Assembly: GCA_963731925.1 (NCBI GenBank)
Contig: CAVSXK010000016.1
Location: forward strand, 65,730 to 129,729
Length of the DNA stretch: 64,000 nt
Direction of reading: 5' to 3'
Source: an uncultured Actinomycetes bacterium
GTDB lineage: Bacteria > Actinomycetota > UBA4738 > HRBIN12
In this document: piece by piece, positions 11,353-23,447 of the stretch
Layout: every line of letters starts with the position of its first letter
How positions within the stretch are numbered: position 1 is the first letter of the stretch
Position numbers and translations under genes: made by a program
Notes under the pieces: model-generated
The model's database searches: none
What the model was told of the DNA's origin: nothing
Seen by the model: the letters and a program-made list of their open reading frames with translations, nothing else

Positions 11353-12927
11353 TCAGACCGTCTCGAGGCTCGCGGTTCGGAGCGGCAGGGCGACCTTGAA
11401 CACCGCTCCGCCGCCGGGTGCGTCCTCCGCCCACACGTGGCCCCCGGAGGCCGCCGCCAACCCTCGGACGATCGGCAGTCCCAGACCCAGGCCCGGCTTG
11501 CCCGTGGTGTCGCCCCGGTGGAAACGCTCGAACAAGCGCTCGCGCTCGTCGGCCGGGATGCCGGGGCCGGCGTCGGAAACGCTCAGGACCACGCAGTCGT
11601 CCCCCGGCTCCAGCGTCACCCTGATCGGGGGAGCTCCGTACTTGTGCGCGTTGTCGAGCAGGTTCACGAGGATCCGTCGGACGGCGTCCGGGTCGCCGAT
11701 CGTCCAGAGCCCCTCGTGGATCTCCGTCTCGACCGGTCGATCGGTGACGCCGAAGTCGCGGGCGACGGTGCGCGCCAGCTCGGCGACGTCGACGGGGACC
11801 GGGACGGTCGCGGCGACGTCCTGCTCGAGCCGAGCGGCGATCAGCAGTTCATCGACCAGCGACGCGAGGTTCTTGCCGTTGCGCTCGATCATCTCGAAGA
11901 GCTCCGCCGACTCGATCGGCGATTCGGGCTGCTTGCCGGCCTGCGCGGCGGCCAGCACGACCGTGAGCGGCGTTCGGAGCTCGTGCGTCACCAGGCCGAG
12001 GAACTCGGACTTCAGGCGGTCGAGCTCGACGAGCTCGACGACGTGGGCGCGCTCGGCGTCGAACAGCCGGGCGTTGGCGATGGCGACGGCCCCCTGCTCC
12101 CCGAACATGCTGAGCGCCCGAAGCTCGTAGGCATTGAAGGTGCTCCCCGCGTCGGCGTTCACGTTCAGCACCCCGAGGAGCTGATCGCGATGGACGAGCG
12201 GGACCGACATGGAGCTGGCCACCGCCTGGGTCCGGGCGTCGAGCCCGGGGAACTCCTGCGAGGTCGGCTTGCCGTTGATGAGGATCGGTTCCTTCGTCCG
12301 GGCCACTCGGCCTGCGATCCCCTCGCCGATCGCGACCCGTCGCCCGAGCGCATCGGGGTTGTTGCGGACGCATCGTGCGACGAGCTCCTCGCCGTCCACG
12401 AGCATGATGGAACCGCTCGTCCCGGTCAGGAGCTCCAGAGCGCTGTGCAGGATCACGTCCAGCACCGCGTCGAGCTCGAGGGCCGCGTTCATCGCCTTGC
12501 CGGCCTGCAGGAGCAGCGAGAGCTCACGGAGTCGGTTCGAGAGCGCCGCGGTGAGGACCCGCTCGTCGGTGAGGAGCCTCGACAGCTTCTGCAGGTGTCG
12601 TTCCTTGTCGATCGCGTACACGCAGAACGCGATCGACAGCAAGACGATCCCCCATCGAAGAGCCGCTGACGACATCGCCGACCATCCGGAGCTGGGCCAG
12701 ATCGACAGCACGACGACGCAGACGCTGATGCAGACGAGCGTGATCGACGAGAGGATCCACAGCTGGATACGTCGATGCTCGACCGCATCGAGGGAAAGGG
12801 TGTTGAAGTCGCGGAGACCGACGATCCGAGCTTCGGTCTCGATGATCTTCGGCAGGCTCCCGGTCGCTTCACGCTCGGCTCGTGCTGCTCTCATCCTTGC
12901 TCTATCGGGCAGACACGGGTCGGGCAT
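11353..12927 (-). CDS. sensor histidine kinase with two TM helices, GAF domain, HisKA and HATPase_c
   Basis: Carries the H-box HELRTPL and G-box GLGLGLPIV. The first ~58 codons of the track ORF have poor third-position GC, so the start is moved to ATG 12927. Confidence 0.8.
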   Translation of the reverse strand: MPDPCLPDRARMRAARAEREATGSLPKIIETEARIVGLRDFNTLSLDAVEHRRIQLWILSSITLVCISVCVVVLSIWPSSGWSAMSSAALRWGIVLLSIAFCVYAIDKERHLQKLSRLLTDERVLTAALSNRLRELSLLLQAGKAMNAALELDAVLDVILHSALELLTGTSGSIMLVDGEELVARCVRNNPDALGRRVAIGEGIAGRVARTKEPILINGKPTSQEFPGLDARTQAVASSMSVPLVHRDQLLGVLNVNADAGSTFNAYELRALSMFGEQGAVAIANARLFDAERAHVVELVELDRLKSEFLGLVTHELRTPLTVVLAAAQAGKQPESPIESAELFEMIERNGKNLASLVDELLIAARLEQDVAATVPVPVDVAELARTVARDFGVTDRPVETEIHEGLWTIGDPDAVRRILVNLLDNAHKYGAPPIRVTLEPGDDCVVLSVSDAGPGIPADERERLFERFHRGDTTGKPGLGLGLPIVRGLAAASGGHVWAEDAPGGGAVFKVALPLRTASLETV

Positions 12928-12979
12928 GAGGGGGGGAGCTGGGATCGGTCGAGCGCGGATCCGCCGTGGATCTAGGCGT

Positions 12980-13348
12980 TCAGGCGACGCCCTCCGTCGC
13001 CTCGTTGAGCACGAGGATGATGTCCTCGAGTGCCGTTCCCTTGGCGAGGAACCCCGAAGCACCCGCCTCGCGGGCCTCCTTCTCGACGCCCGGGTCGGCA
13101 TGCGCCGTCAAGATCACCACGGGCAGCTCCGGCCGTTCGTGATGGATCCTTCGCATCGCCTCGATCCCGTCGAAGTCGGGCATCGACAGGTCCATCAGCA
13201 CGAGGTCCGGCTCGTCCTTGCGAGCCCGGTCCGTCGCCTCCCTGCCGCCGCCGGCCTCGCCCGCGACCTCGATGCCCTTCACCATCCTCAACGCAGACGT
13301 GAGCGCCCGGCGGAACGCCGGGTGGTCATCAACCACCAAGACCCGCAA
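12980..13348 (-). CDS. single-domain response regulator (CheY-like receiver)
   Basis: The DDHP...D...MPD...K receiver pattern is present and there is no output domain. It lies directly upstream of the kinase on the same strand. Confidence 0.85.
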   Translation of the reverse strand: MRVLVVDDHPAFRRALTSALRMVKGIEVAGEAGGGREATDRARKDEPDLVLMDLSMPDFDGIEAMRRIHHERPELPVVILTAHADPGVEKEAREAGASGFLAKGTALEDIILVLNEATEGVA

Positions 13349-13747
13349 CGTGTCATCTCCTCACTGGGAAAGGATCCTCAGGGAAGATCGAGGTTCCGAT
13401 GCCTGCATATCCTGCCCGACAGGCTCGCCCAAGGAAAACGCCCAAATGGCTGAATTTGTATGGCCCATTCGGGCCATGACCTGCCCGGAGGGACTACATC
13501 TTCTCCATCAGGTCATCTCGGCACCCTGTTTCGCCGAATACACGGGTATGGACCCGATCGCGGGAACGAAGGGGAGCTCCATCGGGTTGCATCTGAGGTC
13601 GGGGGTATACTCCCCTGCGTGGGGCGCTTCGGCGGGCGCACGAGATCGTGCCACACCGAAGCGCTCGACCTGCCTCGGGGGTAGGACGGGGTCCGGTGAT
13701 CCCCGAGGCCGTTCGATAGGTGGGGCTCCGGCCCCGGGGGACTGAGC

Positions 13748-16237
<2,490 letters not shown>

Positions 16238-16293
16238 GCGGGTAGACAGACCAGTGGGTCCGGCGCCACGTCGCCGAACCCCGAAAGACCGAG

Positions 16294-16321
16294 GGCCCGG
16301 CAACCATGTGGCTGCCGGGCC
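16294..16321 (+). terminator. hairpin downstream of clpC (9-bp GC stem ggcccggca/tgccgggcc)
   Basis: A perfect inverted repeat 57 nt after the clpC stop, followed by gttcggtgt. Confidence 0.5.
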
Positions 16322-16378
16322 GTTCGGTGTCCGGGGTCGGCCTGACGGTTTCTCACGAGACTCGGCTACGCTCGGCCC

Positions 16379-16759
16379 ATGTCGCTCGGGAACGAGGAGT
16401 GCTGGGCGGTCGAGACCTCGAGGGACGGCAGCCAGTGGCGTTGGCTCGGCAAGGCATGGAAGTCGCCGAACGAGGCCGTCCTCCTGCACGTCTCGGTGCG
16501 GTTCGTCCGATTTCGGCAACTCCACCCCAGCGAGATCAAAGTTTGGAGCGAACCGCTCGAGACCGAGGGAAGGCTCCCGATGACCATGGTGCGCATGGAG
16601 GATGAGCAACGGGAGGACCTGTGGCCCGGCGACGAGCACCTCGGCCTGCCGATGTTGCTCCCGGGCGGCGAGACCGGCAGGCTCCTCGGGTTCGAGTACG
16701 CGCCCGACGGCTCGAGCTGGAGGTACACGCTCGAGTTCCGCGGCGCCCGCGAGGGCTAG
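16379..16759 (+). CDS. hypothetical Trp-rich protein
   Basis: High third-position GC codon usage and 126 aa. No recognisable motif. Confidence 0.5.
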   Translation: MSLGNEECWAVETSRDGSQWRWLGKAWKSPNEAVLLHVSVRFVRFRQLHPSEIKVWSEPLETEGRLPMTMVRMEDEQREDLWPGDEHLGLPMLLPGGETGRLLGFEYAPDGSSWRYTLEFRGAREG

Positions 16760-16796
16760 GCGTGCGAGCCCGGGTGATCCCGAGCCCGCACGCCCT

Positions 16797-17465
16797 TCAT
16801 CCGACGTCGGCGGTATCCATCCGCCGCTTCGGTTGCCGACGGTGCGACACTCCGACCGCCGCCCTCGATCGTCCCCGCCGCTCCGGCACGAGCGCTTCGG
16901 TCCCGTTCCCGAGAGCCGCGAAGAGCCTGCGCTGTCCGGGGACGCCGCGTAGCTCGTGCAGGCCACGATCCGCGAACCTCAGCTCGCCTCCCGCCACCAC
17001 GTCTCGAACGGTTGCCGAGACGAGGACCTCGCCGGGGCGTGCGATGCTCGCCAAGCGAGCACCCACGTGGACCGCCACGCCGCGGAGCCTGCCGTCCTCG
17101 AGCTCACACTCGCCCGTGTGGACACCGGTGCGAACCTCGAGGCCGAGTTCGATGACCTCGTCGTGGAACGAGCACGCGAACGCCACGGCGTAGGTTGGGA
17201 CGTCGAACGCGGCCAGGAAACCATCGCCCGCAGCGTCGACCTCGCGCCCTCCGAACCGCCCGAGCCGCTCCCGAAACCGCGTCTGGTGCGACCGAAGCAG
17301 CTCGGTCCACGTCCGATCACCGAGCTCCAGCAACCGTCCGGTCGAGTCGACCACGTCCGTGAACAGGACCGTCGTGAGCACGCGCCGAGAGAAGGACTCG
17401 AGGTCCTCGAACCACCTTCGAGAGCTGTTCAGATGTTCCATCTCGGAACAGACCCTTCTCTCCAT
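16797..17465 (-). CDS. class III adenylate/guanylate cyclase (single catalytic domain)
   Basis: Cyclase-domain blocks VLFTDVVDSTG, AAGDGFLAAFD and VRTGVHTGECE are present. The first 44 codons of the track ORF look non-coding (AT-rich third positions), so the start is moved to ATG 17465. Confidence 0.75.
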   Translation of the reverse strand: MERRVCSEMEHLNSSRRWFEDLESFSRRVLTTVLFTDVVDSTGRLLELGDRTWTELLRSHQTRFRERLGRFGGREVDAAGDGFLAAFDVPTYAVAFACSFHDEVIELGLEVRTGVHTGECELEDGRLRGVAVHVGARLASIARPGEVLVSATVRDVVAGGELRFADRGLHELRGVPGQRRLFAALGNGTEALVPERRGRSRAAVGVSHRRQPKRRMDTADVG

Positions 17466-17775
17466 CGACCGCGGATGCGTCGATCCGCCGTGCGGGCGTG
17501 CCAGGTGTGACGGATACACGTTCGTTGACGGCCTCCAAGTCTGGTGTTTCCGGGTTGTGCGAGGAGCAGCCAAATCCGGGATACAACAGGTCGCCACGTT
17601 CCCCCGGGGGCCGGACCTTGGCTAGGCCGAGAACGACATCGGGAGGGACGCGACGATATTGGGGATGGTGGAAGTCACATCCATCGCTTGCCCTCCTTTC
17701 GACGTCGGTGAATCGCGAACCCTACGCCTTCGCGCACCACGATGCAAGTGGTCGTTCAGCACGATCACACGATGG

Positions 17776-18564
17776 TCACATCTCGATCCCGGTCCGCAGC
17801 TCCTCGGGTACGAGGTCGGCGAACTGCCACGAAGTCCACAGGTCGCCGGCCAGCTCTGCTGGAGCGGAGCGCACGCCGAATCGGGCGAAGTGATCGCAGA
17901 TGCGCTGCACGTCGCGTTCGAGCAGCGCGGGGGCGTGTCGGTTCTTGCGAGGGTCGACCGCCTGGGGCAGGTCGATGATCGTGGCGCGACCCTCCCACAC
18001 CAGCACGTTGTACGCGGACAGGTCGCCGTGGATCACGTTGCCGTACAGCATGCGTTCGATGGCCCGCAGGACCTGCTCGAACAGGTCCTGCGCTTCGACG
18101 GGGTCGAGCTTGCACGAACGGAGCTGGGGCGCCGCCCGCTCGTGGTCGCCGACGAAGCTCATCAGGATGGCGTCGCCGGTGGACGCGACGGGCCTCGGCA
18201 CGGGTGCCCCCGAGGCCGAGAGCTCGCGCAACGTCTCCCACTCGCGGCTCACCCACAGTCCGCCCTGGACCTCTCGGCCGAACCGCGTCTTCTTCTCCAG
18301 CGCGGCGCGGATCCTCCGCTCCTCGATCCACTCGCCGTCGCGGTAGATCGACTCGTCGCGGAAGTCCCTGCGGTCGAGCGGGTGGTAGACCTTCAGCGCG
18401 AGGAGGTCCTCTCCGGTGGTCGAACGGTTGGCCAGGCACAGGTGGACGGAGGCTTCCTTGCCGGTCTTCACGATGCGGACGACGTCGGTGATCAGGCCCT
18501 CGGCCAGGAAGTGGTCGAACGCCGTCGCTCCGGTCTCGTCGTCCTCGAGCTGCTGGATGTCCAA
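17776..18564 (-). CDS. RIO-type serine protein kinase
   Basis: RIO-kinase motifs TGKEASVHLC, LKVYH, HGDLSAYNVL and IIDLPQAV are present. The start is set at TTG 18564, preceded by GAAGGGA. The longer track ORF runs through a minus-strand terminator. Confidence 0.72.
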   Translation of the reverse strand: MDIQQLEDDETGATAFDHFLAEGLITDVVRIVKTGKEASVHLCLANRSTTGEDLLALKVYHPLDRRDFRDESIYRDGEWIEERRIRAALEKKTRFGREVQGGLWVSREWETLRELSASGAPVPRPVASTGDAILMSFVGDHERAAPQLRSCKLDPVEAQDLFEQVLRAIERMLYGNVIHGDLSAYNVLVWEGRATIIDLPQAVDPRKNRHAPALLERDVQRICDHFARFGVRSAPAELAGDLWTSWQFADLVPEELRTGIEM

Positions 18565-18626
18565 TCCGGTTTCCCTTCGGTCGGAGGTCGGCGGCACGGC
18601 GGTAGCCCTGGCCGCCGCGTGCCGGG

Positions 18627-18656
18627 AACGAAAGAAGCCGCCCCATCGGGGCGGCT
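18627..18656 (-). terminator. intrinsic terminator (minus strand): AGCCGCCCC-GAT-GGGGCGGCT followed by TTCTTTCGTT
   Basis: A 9-bp perfect GC stem with a T-rich tail in the minus sense. It lies inside the over-long RIO ORF prediction. Confidence 0.55.
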
Positions 18657-18801
18657 CAGGCGTTGGACGCCGGGTCGGTCGGGCTAGCGCCCGATCCCCG
18701 AGGGATGCGGCGAAGCGGCGAGGGCGGTCTCGGCCATCCTGCATCCCTCCTTCCCGGTCGTGGTCCGGTCGACTGCGTCGAGGACCGTGAACCCGTGGAG
18801 T

Positions 18802-19185
18802 CTACCCGGATGCGAGCGGTGGTGAACCCAGGTGTCCGTCGAGATCGGTCGATGGATCCAGCCGGACGATCCGTTCGACGATCGGGAGGGGGATGTGCGT
18901 GACGGCGCGAAGGCCCTCCCCGTCCGGCAGCAGCTCCTGTGCGAGGGAGACGAACCGCGGCCCCTCGCCGACCAGGAACCCGACGGTCCGAACCAGGTAG
19001 TCGTGCCGGCAGTCGTCCGGGCCCTCCTGATCGAGGTCGAACCACGCGTCGTGCCACTCGACCATCGCGAGCGGGTACTCGAACGGCTCCGGAAGGGAGC
19101 GCGCGAGCGGGCCGGAGATCGGCTCGGCCCGGCCGCCGTCGAGCGCGTCCAGGCGTGCGATCCCATCCGCTCGAACCCGCTGCAT
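18802..19185 (-). CDS. hypothetical protein
   Basis: High third-position GC, 127 aa, and a plausible composition. No known motif recognised. Confidence 0.5.
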   Translation of the reverse strand: MQRVRADGIARLDALDGGRAEPISGPLARSLPEPFEYPLAMVEWHDAWFDLDQEGPDDCRHDYLVRTVGFLVGEGPRFVSLAQELLPDGEGLRAVTHIPLPIVERIVRLDPSTDLDGHLGSPPLASG

Positions 19186-19360
19186 CTCCAGCCCTCCAGT
19201 TCCTCCGTTATCGGAAGATCGTGGTCGCAGGTCGATACCCAGGGAAGGGGTTTCCTCGGCCGGGCAGGCCTACGACCATCGGACGTTCGACATCGCACCT
19301 CGAAGGCCGACCCTATCCTCGGTCGCCGACATCCCTCGTCGAGCTCGGCTGTCAGACCCT

Positions 19361-20791
19361 GTGGCTACGGTTCCCGCGATGGGCAAGGTTCGCACGGTGC
19401 TCTCGTGCCGCGACTGCGGGCAGCAGCTCGCGCAGTGGGCGGGGCGCTGCCCGGGCTGCGGCGCGTGGGGGACGATCGAGGAAGGCCGCGGCGGCAACGC
19501 CGCATCGGCCGCAGTCGTGGAGACGCTCGCCCACGATGACGCGGACGAACGAAGGATCTCGACGGGCCTTCCCGGCGTCGACCGCGTCCTCGGCGGTGGG
19601 CTGGTCCCCTCCACCGTGGCCTTGCTCGCGGGTGAGCCCGGCATCGGCAAGTCGACCCTTCTCCTCCAGATGGTTGCCAACCTGTCGGCTGCCGGGCTCC
19701 CCTGCCTCTTCGCGTCCGGAGAGGAGTCGCGCCGACAGGTGTCCGCGAGGGCCCACCGCCTCGGGATCGACGGCTCGAGCCTGTCCTTCGTCACGGGTCG
19801 CGAGCTGCCCGCCGTCGTCGAGGCAGCTCGGTCGATGCGTCCGTTCCTGCTCGCGGTGGATTCGATCCAGTCGCTCCGCGAGCCTTCGGCGGGCCAGGTT
19901 CCCGGGGGACCGTCGCAGGTGCGCGGGTGCGCGGACGCGCTCGTCGGGTTCGCGAAGGCGGAGGGGGTCTCGGTGGTGCTGACGGGCCACGTCACGAAGG
20001 ACGGCGATCTCGCGGGCCCCCGGGCGCTCGAGCACGCGGTGGACGTGGTGCTCGCGTTCGACGGCGAGCCGCGCTCGGGGCTCCGGATGCTCTCGGCCGG
20101 CAAGAACCGGTTCGGCGCCGAGGGCGAGGTCGCCTGGTTCGAGATGTCGGGGGCGGGCTTGCGCGAGATCGATCCGGCCCACCTCCTCCTGCCCGGCGGC
20201 GGAGAGCCGGGTGCCGCCACCGCTCTTCCCCTCGCCGGGCGGCGGGGGCTCGCGGTTGAGGTCCAGGCGCTCGTCGCCGAGGGGGAAGGTGCGGCGAGGC
20301 GGCAGGTCAGCGGTCTGGATCTCCGCCGGTTCCAGCTGGTCGGCGCCGTGCTCGACAGCGCCGGTCTGCGGCTCGGGCGCGCGGACGTCTTCGGCGCCGT
20401 CGCAGGGGGAGCCAGGCTCGACGACCCGGCGTGCGACCTCGCCGTGGCCGCCGCGGTCGCGTCGGCGGTCGCCCGTGTCCCGGCGCCCACCGCGTCGGCG
20501 TTCGTCGGCGAGATCGGGCTGACCGGGGTCGTCCGGCCGGTGCCCGGCATGGGTGCCCGCCTCTCGGCTGCGAGAGCGGCCGGTCTGCACACCGTGTTCG
20601 TCCCGGAGGGAGCGCAGGGGCTCGAGGGGCTCAGCCCCGTCCCGGTCCGACACGTCATGCAGGCCCTGACCTGGGCGGCTGCCAGGCCCGCGTCCGTTCC
20701 GGGACCGCCGCCCGCCGTAGGTCTTCCGGCGAAGGGGAACGGTCCAAAGGGGTCGAAGGGGTCGGAAACAGCCTCTGACCTGGGCTTTTGA
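19361..20791 (+). CDS. radA: DNA repair protein RadA/Sms
   Basis: An N-terminal C4 zinc finger (CRDCGQ...CPGCGAWGT), the RecA-like Walker A GEPGIGKST, the KNRFG motif and a C-terminal Lon-like domain. Confidence 0.9.
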   Translation: MATVPAMGKVRTVLSCRDCGQQLAQWAGRCPGCGAWGTIEEGRGGNAASAAVVETLAHDDADERRISTGLPGVDRVLGGGLVPSTVALLAGEPGIGKSTLLLQMVANLSAAGLPCLFASGEESRRQVSARAHRLGIDGSSLSFVTGRELPAVVEAARSMRPFLLAVDSIQSLREPSAGQVPGGPSQVRGCADALVGFAKAEGVSVVLTGHVTKDGDLAGPRALEHAVDVVLAFDGEPRSGLRMLSAGKNRFGAEGEVAWFEMSGAGLREIDPAHLLLPGGGEPGAATALPLAGRRGLAVEVQALVAEGEGAARRQVSGLDLRRFQLVGAVLDSAGLRLGRADVFGAVAGGARLDDPACDLAVAAAVASAVARVPAPTASAFVGEIGLTGVVRPVPGMGARLSAARAAGLHTVFVPEGAQGLEGLSPVPVRHVMQALTWAAARPASVPGPPPAVGLPAKGNGPKGSKGSETASDLGF

Positions 20792-20867
20792 TTTGCGAGT
20801 CAGGAGTCCCGCGTGCTATCCTTACTCCGTCCCGCCCGTCCCTCGTCGGCCGACTCTAGGGGGTCTT

Positions 20868-21377
20868 GTGTTCCGCAAAGGCGACACGGTTGTGCATCCG
20901 GAACACGGCGCAGCAGTCATCGAAGAGTTGTGCGTGAGGGAGTTCCTCGGTGAGAAGCGCAAGTACTTCAAGCTGCGGGTCTCCTACGGCGATCTGACCC
21001 TCATGGTGCCGATCGACAGCACCGAAGAGGTCGGGCTTCGATCGGTCGTCGGCAAGAACGAGGTCAAGAAGGTCCTGAACGTCCTCCGCGAGGACGAGTC
21101 CAAGATGGCTGCCAACTGGAGCCGGCGCTTCAAGAACAACATCGAGAAGCTCCGGTCCGGCGACATCTACCAGGTCGCCGAGGTCGTCAGGAACCTGTCG
21201 ATCCGCGAGCGCGAGCGGGGTCTGTCGGCGGGCGAGAAGCGCATGATCAACAAGGCCCGCCAGATCCTGGTCTCCGAGCTCACCTACGCCACCGGCGAAG
21301 GCGAGGAGAAGGCCGAAGCCATGATCGACAAGGTGCTCGACGAGTCGCACGGCGCCCGCGTGATGGCCGAGGCCTGA
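20868..21377 (+). CDS. carD: RNA polymerase-binding transcription factor CarD
   Basis: The start F(R)KGDTVVHPEHGAAVIEE matches the CarD/TRCF RNAP-interaction domain. GTG start with an AGGGGG RBS. Confidence 0.85.
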   Translation: MFRKGDTVVHPEHGAAVIEELCVREFLGEKRKYFKLRVSYGDLTLMVPIDSTEEVGLRSVVGKNEVKKVLNVLREDESKMAANWSRRFKNNIEKLRSGDIYQVAEVVRNLSIRERERGLSAGEKRMINKARQILVSELTYATGEGEEKAEAMIDKVLDESHGARVMAEA

Positions 21378-21462
21378 GCCCCTTCATCGGGTCCTGACCG
21401 CCCGCTCACCGATCCGCTCAGGCTCGAGTTCGTCGGCTTGAACCTCCAGTAACCTCGGCGCC

Positions 21463-22131
21463 GTGGACGGTGCCGTCGCGATCGTGCTCGCCGCCGGACG
21501 GGGCGAGCGGATGGACGCGACGATCCCGAAGGCCCTCATGGCGTTCGGCGGCTCGTCGATCGTCGCTCGGGCAGTCGAACGAGCATCGGCCGCCGTCGCC
21601 GTCTCCGGCGTGGTCGTCGTCGCTCCGCCGGGGTGGGAGGACGAGGTCCGCCGTCTCGTCGAGGCCTACCGCGTCGCCGCCGTGGTCGCGGGTGGAACGA
21701 CGAGGCAGGCCTCGGTCGCGGCGGGGCTCTCGGTCGTGCCACCCACCGCGGAGCGGGTGCTCTGTCACGACGCGGCTCGACCGCTCGCGTCGACCGCCCT
21801 GTTCACGCGGACGCTCGAGGCGCTCGAGGGCTGGGACGGCGTCGTCCCGACGCTGCCGATGGTCGACACGGTGAAGCGGGTGCAGGACGGAAGGATCGAG
21901 AAGACCGAACCCCGTGGGTCACTCGCCCTCGCTCAGACGCCTCAGGCGTTCTCGGCGGCGGCGCTCCGAGACGCGCACGAGCGGGCCATACAGGAGGGTT
22001 TCGACGGCTCGGACGACGCGCTCCTGCTCGAACGCGCCGGCTACCGCGTCCGGGCGATCGAGGGGGAGCGGACCAACCTGAAGATCACGACGCCGGACGA
22101 CATCCGCCTCGCGGAGGCGCTCGCAAGGTGA
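21463..22131 (+). CDS. ispD: 2-C-methyl-D-erythritol 4-phosphate cytidylyltransferase
   Basis: The motif AIVLAAGRGERM is present and the overall length matches IspD. Confidence 0.88.
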   Translation: MDGAVAIVLAAGRGERMDATIPKALMAFGGSSIVARAVERASAAVAVSGVVVVAPPGWEDEVRRLVEAYRVAAVVAGGTTRQASVAAGLSVVPPTAERVLCHDAARPLASTALFTRTLEALEGWDGVVPTLPMVDTVKRVQDGRIEKTEPRGSLALAQTPQAFSAAALRDAHERAIQEGFDGSDDALLLERAGYRVRAIEGERTNLKITTPDDIRLAEALAR

Positions 22132-22604
22132 GTGAACAACTCGTGGGTCTCGGTTTCGACGTTCACGCGTTCGCGCCCGGCCGCGCACTGATGCTCGGCG
22201 GGGTCCGATTCGAGGCGCAGGACGGTCTCGCCGGCCATTCCGACGGGGACGTCGTCTGCCATGCGCTCGCGGACGCGATGCTGGGCGCCGCCGCGCTGGG
22301 CGACCTCGGTGAGCACTTCCCCGATACCGATCCGGTCTTCGAGGGGATCGGCGGGCTCGACCTGCTCGGGCGCGCGCGCGAGATGATCCGGGTCGCCGGC
22401 TGCCATCCGGTGTCGGCCGACCTCACGGTCATCGCCGAGCGACCATCGATCGCACCCGTCCGAGATGCGATGCGGCGAGCCCTTTGCGACGCGCTCGGCG
22501 TCCCCGCCGAGCGCGTCTCCGTCAAGGCGACGCGTCCCGAGGGGCTCGGGCTCTCGGGGGACGGCGTGGGCTGCATCGCACTCGTGGTGTTGGCGCGGTC
22601 GTGA
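22128..22604 (+). CDS. ispF: 2-C-methyl-D-erythritol 2,4-cyclodiphosphate synthase
   Basis: The motif GLGFDVHAF...GHSDGDVVCHA is present. The GTG start overlaps the ispD stop (GTGA). Confidence 0.88.
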   Translation: MSEQLVGLGFDVHAFAPGRALMLGGVRFEAQDGLAGHSDGDVVCHALADAMLGAAALGDLGEHFPDTDPVFEGIGGLDLLGRAREMIRVAGCHPVSADLTVIAERPSIAPVRDAMRRALCDALGVPAERVSVKATRPEGLGLSGDGVGCIALVVLARS

Positions 22605-23338
22605 CCACGTCCGTCGTCGCCGGCCGACGAGCGGTCCTCGAGGCGGTACGCGCCGGCACCGCGCAGGAAGTGCTCGTCGGGCGCGGCGCGCGTTCGACCC
22701 CCGGCCTTCGGGACGTGCTCGACGCCTGCCGCGAAGCCGGGGTCCCGGTGCGGGAGGTCGATCGCGCCGAGCTCGACCGGCTCGGGTCCGAGCATCGGGG
22801 CGTCGTGGCGCTCGCCGGGGCACCGGACCCGATCGGCGAGCGCGAGCTCGCGACGTGGCCGTTCGGCGATGACGACCTGCTGGTCGTGCTCGACGGCATC
22901 ACCGATCCGCAGAACCTCGGAGCAGCGGCGCGTTCGGCCGAGGCGGCCGGGGCGAGGATGCTCGTCACCCGCATCCGTAGGGCCGCCGATGTCTCCCCCG
23001 CCGCGATCCGCGCCTCCGCCGGCGCGCTCCTGCATCTGCCGTACGCTCGCGTGGCCAACATCGCCCGCGCGCTCGAACGGCTCAAGGACGCCGGTTTCAC
23101 GGTGGTCGGGCTGGACGAGCGGGCCGAGCGGACGGTGTTCGAGGAGGAGCCGCCCGAGGGCCGCGTCGCGGTGGTGCTCGGCTCCGAGGGCGAGGGCCTC
23201 GGCCGGCTCACTCGGGACGCGTGCGACCTTCTGGTCCGTCTTCCGATGCGGGGCCGGGTCGGGTCTCTGAACGCATCCGCGTCGCTCGCCGCCGCGCTGT
23301 ACGCCTTCGTCCTGCGAACCCGATCGATGGAGGGATGA
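22601..23338 (+). CDS. rlmB: SpoU/TrmH-family RNA 2'-O-methyltransferase (RlmB-like)
   Basis: An SPOUT domain with the GSEGEGL motif. The GTG start overlaps the ispF stop. Confidence 0.8.
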   Translation: MTTSVVAGRRAVLEAVRAGTAQEVLVGRGARSTPGLRDVLDACREAGVPVREVDRAELDRLGSEHRGVVALAGAPDPIGERELATWPFGDDDLLVVLDGITDPQNLGAAARSAEAAGARMLVTRIRRAADVSPAAIRASAGALLHLPYARVANIARALERLKDAGFTVVGLDERAERTVFEEEPPEGRVAVVLGSEGEGLGRLTRDACDLLVRLPMRGRVGSLNASASLAAALYAFVLRTRSMEG

Positions 23339-23447
23339 CGCGAGGTCGGATCGGAGCGGTCGAGATCGAAGGTTCGTCGTGGCGCTCGTCACCGACGAGG
23401 AGCTCTTCGCATGATCCTCGGCTCCCCGCTGCTAGGCTCGCTCGAGC

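Noticed and set aside
10297-12669. 790-aa plus-strand ORF
   Set aside because: It overlaps lysS out of frame and is antisense to the histidine kinase. It is Arg-rich garbage.
13460-13684. 74-codon ORF in the clpC leader
   Set aside because: Its third-position composition is AT-rich and unlike real genes here. It is treated as non-coding structured leader.
19270-19340. Possible LexA/SOS box upstream of radA
   Set aside because: The dyad is TTCGA-N9-TCGAA, not the TCGAAC-N4-GTTCGA arrangement.
21633-22127. N-terminal extension of the ispF ORF
   Set aside because: It overlaps ispD out of frame. IspF begins at the GTG coupled to the ispD stop.
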